Shown here piece after piece: positions 27,801-37,488 of a DNA stretch of 64,000 nt. Origin of the DNA: Lepidodermella squamata (taxonomy: Eukaryota > Animalia > Gastrotricha); the NCBI GenBank assembly GCA_047495785.1, contig JBLDXI010000036.1:124001-188000 (forward strand), given 5' to 3'. The translations under genes and the position numbers were made by a program. The notes below the pieces were generated by a model. That model had not been told where the DNA came from, did not search any database, and saw only the letters and a program-made list of their open reading frames with translations. Each line of letters opens with the position of its first letter. The stretch's first letter is position 1.

Positions 27801-30800
27801 GTCGATTAATCAGATGCCGGAACATAAGACAGGCAAAATCGGTGTGTAAACCCTAGGTTTCGGAGGCAAATGGGATCTAAGACTCGAGAGTGAATAAATC
27901 AACATACCTCGTCGCGGCTAATGAGTTCGTTGCTGAATGTCAACCCTGGCATAAGTCCACGCTTCTTTAGCCAGAATATGGAAGCGAACGATCCGCTAAA
28001 GAAGATGCCTTCGACGGCAGCAAAGGCGACAATTCGTTCGCCAAAAGTAGCAGACTTATCGTCTATCCATCGCAGGGCCCAGTCAGCCTTTCTCCTTACA
28101 CACGGCAAAGTCTCGATAGCATTGAAAAGTAAATCCCTGAATAAATGACTATTTAGAAAGTCAACATTAAGACATAGATTACAAACCGTTCCGAAGGATC
28201 TTTGATGTAAGTGTCTATTAGAAGGCTATACATTTCAGAATGGATGTTCTCAATTGCAATTTGAAGACCATAGAAACATCTCGCTTCAGGAATCTGAACC
28301 TCTTGAGCGAAACTTGCTACGAGGTTCTCATTCACTATTCCATCACTCGCAGCAAAAAACGCGAGGACGCGTGAGATGAAATAGCGTTCGTCAGGCTTCA
28401 ACTTCTCCCAGTCAGTCCGATCATCAGATAAATCAACCTCCTCAGTGGTCCAAAAAGACGCCTCTGCCTTCTTGTACATCTTCCAAATAGCAGGATAGCG
28501 AATAGGTAGAATAACGAAACGCCGAGAGTTCTTTCGAAGCAGTGGCTCATCAAAATCGATGGAGGCGCTCATTATAGATTATGCTAAATCCTCTAAATTT
28601 GTGAAAATCAAAGTTACCACTCAACTGCGGTTTCATTCAAATCGCATTGATCACTCCGATATAAAACTCCAAGCGTGATTTTTCACGACTAAGCCGTCTG
28701 AGATGTGGGTTGGAAAAACGGAGCGACTTGGGCAGGCAGTAATTGCCGTTACTCAATACCAATCTCCCTGGAATAGAGGGCCTGTCAGGCATGCATCCAG
28801 GCCAGTCAAACCAAAGCCAATTCAAGAACTCGCCGACAGTTTCCTCCCTGCTGTTGATTGGCCAAGATACCCTGTCGCCGTTCACCAATATCAAACCTAT
28901 TCGCAGTTGTCGCGAATTGTATGTGTCGCTCGTAACATCGAAAGGTTGCAGCGTCTCATTGCTGCTGGCGAGAGAAGGTGGTGGCGCGTTCATTAAATAT
29001 TGGTATCTCTAAGTCCTCTAAATTGTAAAACAAGACCAAAAAAAACATTCAGGTATAATTTATGGTTTAGGATTTAGGATAGAAACAAATTGCAGTTTCC
29101 GTCTCAGATAGACGATAGATAATAGCGTCGGCTGAACCCGAAGTGAAAACGCAGGCTTTGCATGGGCTGTTGCGGATGAACATTATCTAGGAAATAGAAG
29201 CGTAAGGCGCGATTATTTCGTCGAAACTAACTCACACGTAGGTTCCCGACTTCTCTGATTAATACTTTTGGCTTGAGACCCTTTGGCAATCTGAGTTTCA
29301 ATCTCCACTTTTGTTGCATTTTTCTATCGTCTTAATAATTGATCTAAGATGTAAAACAAGTCAGAAAATTATACTAGTCAGTTATATTTGTTCCGGCATT
29401 CCTTGACTTGGATAACTTCAAAATCAATGCATTCCAGTTCGACTGCTCCTGAACCCCAATATCCTGCAAGAATCCCCTATTTTAATTAATTTTTTTTTGT
29501 CATGTGAATTTATCACTTGGCAAGAAAATTACTTATAGGAGCAAAGTTGCGCTTCAACGGTAAGCCTTTGTGGAGCAGGCGAAGGTTCATGATATGCGGC
29601 TTCAATCCCCAGCTTTCAGGCCATTCGTAGTACAATTGGTAGATAATGTCCTGTACCGTGTGGGATTCGGAACAGTGCATTATGATCTGGTCTCCGTTCC
29701 GCCAATTAAGCTTGACTATAAATCCAGTATTAGGTGATCCGCTCGCTGAACCTTTCATTTTTCAATTCCTAAAAATAACAGAAAGAAAGAACGATTAATT
29801 AACAGCATTTTACTTGCGGAGACGATCAGGAAGATAATCGGATTGAAGCTTTACTAAATAAGTACATATTTTCATATTTGGGCTTGGAATACGACGACTC
29901 AATCCTGGAAATTAGAGAATTTTAGCGAAGCACGTCTATAGGTTTCATCCAGTTTTTGAACAACTAACCTTTCATCAAAACCGTTTTTCGAACTGGGCGT
30001 CCTTTGCATTGTAGTTTCAATTGCAGAAAATCAGGCTTTGGCCCCCAATTTGACGGCCATGCAGCCTGCATCTCTTTGACGCAATCAGCGATAGTCGCAG
30101 ATTCGCCGAAAGATGAGCAATAGGATGAGCCGTCCGCAAGTACAATCCGACAAACGTAAGCCATCATTTAAGAAACCTAAACTAAAAATAAAAATAAAAA
30201 CGATATTAAATATGCACATTTACTATTTACAATTGTACATCAAATTTTTGTGGTATTCAGGGAAAAGTCGCATCGGAATTTGGAGAGGGTAGAAAGGTGC
30301 ATTTACAGTTCAACTTGACCTTCTTAGGTATCTCCGGTCTCTTGTCACATTGAGTCTGATGTAGCAACACGTTGGAATACTCCAGTTTAGCTGAACAGCC
30401 GTACTTTTCAAAGGCGCAAGTGAATTTCAGGCGTGCGATCAATCGTTCAACAACTCCAGGCCCTGGAACAAGGTCGATGCACATGAAGTCAGCTCGGCAT
30501 ATCGGACATGAAGCTGGCGTGAAAATGTTGACTCGGTATTGCCCGCGACAACATCGATCCCCCCATCGACAAATGCAAAGCTCGCAAAACACGTGCTGAC
30601 AGCCGACTATGTATACTGGAGAATTCATCACTCCAAGACAAATGCTGCAGGTAATTTCCTTTTCAATGAATTCGAACTGAGTTTTGAATTCAGGTGCAAC
30701 TTGTTCGGGCGGAACGCTGTCTGAGTTTTTTTCTAACATCTAAGGAAGAGGATAGGTTGTAAATTTAGACATGTAGCCATATGGGACAGAGGTGAAGGTT

Positions 30801-33800
30801 TTAGGATCAAAAACGCGCTTGTCATTGAGATGCGGGGAAACTCGCTTATCAAGTTTTTCCAAGCTGACCGATGCCGGGACATGTCGCCTGCGGAACATTG
30901 ATTGTTCTATTGACATGCAAGCCCCAGTTGATGATTCATTCAAGTAATTGAGTAGCAGATCTACCAAAGACTCGTGCGACATTGCTGTCCCTGCCACGCT
31001 TTGGCTGATGCCTTTGAACTTGAGTTCCGTCCTGAAATTTGACCTGAAAAGTAGTAACTAGGCTACGCTATATATTGAATTTCTAACCTGAGATTTGTGA
31101 CGAATGAATATGATTTTGGTGATATACAAACCCAGGATTTAATGTACTCCCCATCCTCTAGCTCTGATTTATACTGCCCAAGATATGGCCCATTCGGTAT
31201 TCTATACTCGCCTTCACGATATGTGTATATCAAGGAATCGGCTGGAAAAAAGTGAAAGATTTTTCGCTGAATTTTCAAGTTCTCGGCAACTTACTATCGC
31301 AGTATACCAGCCGGGAACCCAGCCGAGACATCTGCGAATTTTACGTGTAGCATTTGCGTAATTTTAGCGTAAGTTGAGCCTGCTTACCTCTTCGTAGAGC
31401 AAAATCCGTGCGTAAGATGTAATGAAGGAAGCTATTATTTCCGAATTTGTCGCGCAAATTTGTTCGTAATCCGGAGCGTCTGAATACGACACTCGGACTG
31501 TCTGAAACTCGTCATCAGGTCCTACAGGCTGGATTGAATGGACGATCTTGTTCGGTGATTCTAGTAACTCAATCAATTGAGTTGGCGAACTGAGATAAAC
31601 GACTGTTGAGTTGGAGCCTTTGAGGCAGAAGCGGCCATAGAAACTGGCATCCCAAGCTTGGTAAGAGGTAAATATGGTCAATTCGAGAACTTACCTATTT
31701 TGCAATGTCTTGGAAATCTGTCGGATAGCTGGATTAGGAGATTGGAGTGCTTGCCGGTCGAGATCTATTGCATACCTTTCACGGCATTCAGACATGTACT
31801 GTTCCAAATCTATCGTCGGGTCTAGTTTTGTGTGTTCCAGCTTAAGTTTCTGCAACGAGATGATGAATTCTTTGAACTGAAGATTGCTCTTCTTCTCAAA
31901 CTCCCAAATCTCGTAAATTTCAAGCAGTTGATAGCCGTATCTGGAAACAGCCATTCTTAGTTCTTCGCTAGTCCAAACCGAAGTTATAGCGCGTTGATCT
32001 AGGTTATGATTGCACGGTGCGGATCTATTCTTCTCCAAGTAACAAGATTTACAAGAAATAAAAACTAGCCTTGAATCATCCGGTGATTTCCATGGCAAAC
32101 ATGGAATTAAAAGTTCGGGATTCGGAGCGACTTTTGCCGACACGAGACCGAACGAGGGTTGAGTTGGATGAAAGAACCTGGCCCTGAGCTTGGAATCGTT
32201 TAGCCGCCACCTTAAAACACGAGGTGAGACATCGCCGCAAGGAAATAATTGCGTATATAAAATGTATGGATACATGGAGTTAATATCAGCATATAACAAG
32301 CTGGTCTCTGAATCTTTTTCGAAAAAGCACCGAAAATTTTCGCACCTTCCACCCTGTTGTTATATAATTTCCGGAAAATTTAATAAGGTTAAGGCGGCTA
32401 GATAGGGCTTACCATTAGTGCGGATCTTGGTTTTATCGGAGGAACTACATTAACTACTTGTTGCAAAGCTCTATCTATATCCGGGTTTTCAGCTAGAAAT
32501 GCGTTGAATTCGCAAGAATAAATGGACGTAAGCTGATATCCGCTCTGCCTAATTTTCGCTTCCCTCGCTGCAGTCTCATGTGCTAGCTGGCCGAACGTCT
32601 TTCTCAATAGGGCATTAAACTTGTTTTCTTGACAACAAGTAGGATGTCCATGTATGGTACAACCTATTGCGATTCACAAGCTATATTAGTTCAAGTAGAA
32701 GGGTTGGCCGCACTTACCGTGATATTCGAGGACGTGTTCAACTTTGCCAGTGGCGTTGTTTTTGATAACACCGTCCGCTTTTATCACCGATTTATCATGC
32801 ATGACTATCCGGCATTCAGATCCGTTGAGCGCTGATTCAATTTCTACGTTGTGGGTTTTGCTGTAGTAGAGAAGCCATTTAAGGCTCTCTTGACTTGATA
32901 TATCCTTTAGCGCAAGTCCTGTTGGGCTGATGATAGAAATCGTTTTCGGCTGCATGTACTTTATCTGCGCATGTAAAACTGGAGATTTTCCTGTAATTTT
33001 TCTAACAGTAAGACTTACGCGGTATATTATATGCGAAATTGAAGAGAGCGTTAAATAATGAAAACAATTTATCCCGTTTGGAGCATAATCGCAAATCGAA
33101 AGCTTGGTGATTAGTTTTTTGAATCTGCCCGTCGCGATTCGCAATATAACCACATCTTGAACGCAGTATGTATAAGTCTCATTTTTCACGATGTATTGTG
33201 CTTGGAGAGAGCGTTTTTGACTAATGAAATCTTTCAACTTTGATATTTCGCGCTGCGACATGTTGCTGGTATCATAGCTTTCAATCCCAGGCCAAATCGT
33301 GAATGTTTTTGTTAAATTTTCGCGATTATGTAGCTTATGAGGATACGTTAGCTTTTCGATACCGTCGATCCCAAATGCAGCGGGGAGATTGGCTAATTTA
33401 GTCTGGAAATAATTGAAGCTGTCGATAAATCTTAAATTGGACTCATTTTCACATGTGGACTGCTTCTAGGTTGGAAAATGTTACCTAGGACCGCCTTTGA
33501 TTTTAAGCTCAAGTATCCTCCCTGCCCTCTCTATTGTAGTAAACTTCAAGTTCTGGTCCTGTACGTATCGCAGTACAAATATTGTGTCGAATTTCCCTAT
33601 TAAAAAGAATTATCAAATAAAAAAATTGAATTAAATCGTCATAAATTTTGCGCGATGAAAGTTATTACCTCCATAATGCGAAATGCAGGTGAGGCTTCTG
33701 AATTCATCGCGGCAAATGAATTCCATGAACTCAGCCATTGCACGAGTCTCATGATAAAAGAACAGTTGGCTACAACCGTTCTTGCAAATTGGAGTGCCGT

Positions 33801-36800
33801 TTTCAGGGTAGCGCCGAATTTCACGGTCACAGCACTCATTGCATGCGAACTCGCCAACGACGGTAGTCGGATAGAACTCGCCGTTTTCTATTAGAACGCA
33901 TTCGAGATCGAAGTATAGGACTTTCCCGGGCTCAGGTGTTGTTTTCAATTTAGGTTTTGACCAATAGCATCGATGACCGGGTTCTAGTAAGGTTTTGCAG
34001 ACTACGCATTTACGGCCGGGGCAGTTATGTTTCAGCAATTTATTGCGGGTCTTGACTTCGCCGCAACCTCGACATCGGACATACTTATCACAAATCTTAG
34101 ACTGAACATGCGATTCATAGCACTGCGCGCCGAAAAAGAACCGATTGCATCTAGAACAACATACGCTCGCGGCGTCGGAGCAGCGGTTTAACCTTTTCGG
34201 TCTAATTATAGTCCCACTCCCAGTCTTTTCAGCCGATGAAGGATTGACCCTTTGATAGCACGCATAGCAGCGGAAACTACAGTTATGGATAGTCCGGGAT
34301 ATAGGAATGAAGCATAATTTGCAATACCTCTTGCCTTGGCTGATTTGATAAAGATTTTTGAGCACTGCGAAATGACCTAGGCTGCTATATACCGCGCCTG
34401 GTAACTTGGAACTAAACCAAACCAAGTATATTTTCCGCGCTTCTTGGTCGTGAAATGCTGAGCTATCTGGCCATGTGAAGATCACCCTATCGTCTATCAA
34501 AGAGTAAACTAAAACTTGATATCCAGGGTATAAGGGCATGATTTTAGTCAGATCGGCCACGCTATAGCAGCGATTTGCATCTGGGTTGAATCCTGATTTA
34601 ATGCACAGTTCTCTAGCTAGCTTGCGCTGTAATGTCATGTCATCTTTCAATCGCAGAAATTCCATTCCGACCTTTTCCATCTCAGGGCATTCTAGGTAAC
34701 GCAAAAGATTCGAATTTTTATCAACCACGTACCTAGCATAAGTTTCATAGCTAACAGCGAGAACTACTGCGTAAAATAGGCAAAGCTGATCCCCGTTATT
34801 GTTCACAGGAATGTAAGAGCTGAGGTTCGATACCCATTTCAACGCGTTTGTCTCAATTTTTTTCTTGTGATCTATGCCCGCACCTACGTATTCGCTGGGA
34901 TTTTTCTTCAGTTTATCTAGGAATACCAAGTTAGCCTCTACGCGCCATGGATTACTAGATATTTTGAGACTCTGGCGACTTTGCGCAACACGTTCTATAT
35001 GACTCGTGATAGTGTTGGTCGTCATTGAAGCAAGCCTAATATATCCCAAAGAAATAGGATAAGCTAAATCTGAATTATACAGGGTTAATCGAGCCATGGT
35101 AGATGGATCGAATTTCGACTGTAAATTAGCTACAATTTTATCAAAAAATTCCTGAATGCGAGAGTATTGAAGTAAAACGTCGCCATCTGACTCGCCAAGT
35201 CCTGTTTGAATCCTAAACTCGTATGTTGATAGACCGTACTTTTTGCTAACGCACTCGTGCTGCAATACCTCGAATTCGGCACTCATCATGTAATTCTAAC
35301 TGAAAGTTCTGAAAGTTGATTATAAATTCGAAAATTAGATTGTTGGATTGGCGAAAACATTGGTGACAAAACAAGGAGCTTTGGTTAAAACAAAGCTCCG
35401 GCTGATACAGGAACCGGTGTAAAAAAAAGCAACTCCAGGGTCTCTCTGCTTTGATATAATAACCTAAATGGAAGGACAAAATTGTTATTGATTATAGTTT
35501 AATGATATAGTTGATTAATAGTAGGGACAGACTTTTTTTTTTTTCTTTTTAGATTACTATATTAGGTCATATGATAAGTGTAGGTCTAACGATAGGGTAA
35601 GATGTAGCGATTATTGGTGATTTAAACTTTTTCGTAACCTGATTTTTTTTTCTCCCCTATCCACCTTAACTTTCTTTAAATTTTCTGATTTTTGCGTTAC
35701 ACTAGTCGTGTCCTTTGAAAACTAGGTCACTGGTCTTGGAATATTTTACCGATTACAGATTACACTATATTACTGAATACTAAATTGTTCAGGTCACGAA
35801 AAAATTGAGAGATAAGACAAGTTATAGGAAGTTAATTTGTGAAGTTAGGGCGGAGTTTTCCGGCATTCTTTTGACACGATTGACGAGATCTTTCAAGCTG
35901 TATCAGTCACCTGCCTCAAAACAGTGTCGAAGACCCAGAAGAGCGACTGAGGGATTGAAATGCCGTCTTTCAGTGGTTTGAATTGATTTTCTTCTACCGA
36001 TTTGAATCTTCGAATGTCGACGTAGAAAGTTCGTCTGTTTGATGGGGAAAATATAGACCAACGTAGATCATTGAAAATTGGGCTACTATTGCCGCCAGCC
36101 GCAGGGTCCTTGTTTTCTACGGCGGCCAGTGCGTTTTCAATATCGATTACCCACGGAGCCTCGTTCTCGATATCAGCTAGCAATCTACGACACTCTTCGA
36201 ACGTGATATAAAGTCCCTTGTCAATCGAGGAAAATCGATTGTGGAAATCGGGAATGGCTGTTTTGCCGAGAAATATCACGTATCCGCCATCTTCAGCCAG
36301 ATATCGAATAGCCTTGAACGTTTTGGATGATTTAAAATTGAAGACTCGATCGACTATTTTAGCCTTTGATGCCAGGCTCGAGTTGTAAGGTATCAAATCG
36401 TTGTGTCTCTGTGCCATTTTTAAGATGATAATATAACAAATTTTAAATTATATTTCTCAGAATAATATTTTGCGATTTTTCTTTCTCAATATTAGGATTT
36501 TAACTTAACGCAGACATATGGCCGTGATTTTTACGTACTGTAAACGTAGTTATTTTCGCGTTATTTTTGAATTCGCGGCCGATCGATTTCGACATTTTGC
36601 CTTTGATCGGCGGCAAATTTGACTTTGAACCGCCGTCAACACGAAAATTACTGCGTTTATAGTATTGGTAATACTCATAATTTGTAGTTCATGGGCGGTA
36701 GGATAATCGGCCTAACAGCTGATTATTCGGGCTCAGGCTCTGCTGATAACCTGAGTAACGAGCTATAGGACGATTTTCCTTGATATCGCCTGTTCATTAT

Positions 36801-37453
36801 GTAGTCCGGCTGTGTGTTTGCCGGCTGTGCGTTGCGCAATTCTGTGATAATCGGTATTAACGCTAAATACGCTTGCGCAACTCGTCTCAAATAACACGAC
36901 TGCCTCAACACATATTATTCCGAGCGAGGAGGCTAGCGCTTTTACGTACTCAACCGGCACGACAAACCGCGCGCATTAGTTATAACTAACAATTATACAG
37001 GGTGTCCGCAATGTATTAAGCATTTAGCTTTAGCTCATGGCAATTAGCACGTACTAAGCTAAACTTAGTTGTGTACTTGTTATTTATTTATAAGCTTTCA
37101 CGCCCAAAAGAGGGCGGCTTGACAAGAGGTAATTTGAAAGTGAAAAATGTAATTATTTCGTGGACACCTTGTATTTAGCGTTAATTGAGACATTAACAAG
37201 CGAATTTCGCTAATCGGTGATTCGATAAAATAAATATCGATAACTTCGATATTACCTCTTGGAGTTTTGCGGATTTTTGAACAACTTGTGGCTTCGGTTG
37301 TTGTTCGGTTGCTGCTGCTGGCTGTGTTTTGTCCAGAACTCGGTCATATTTACGCTGATTCATGGCGCGTGAAAGCTATGGGGATTTTAGTGAGAATTTT
37401 CGAACGAGTTTCCACCCCAAGTTCGCTCGCCTTTTATACCCCTCTCGCGATAT

Positions 37454-37488
<35 letters not shown>

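Noticed and set aside
31044-33668. Viral introns as a single introner-type transposon family
   Set aside because: By eye the introns share no internal similarity, TIRs or consistent TSDs.
30740-33700. pPolB as a fragmented pseudogene
   Set aside because: Every break coincides with a canonical GT-AG intron, and the spliced frame is open with catalytic motifs restored.
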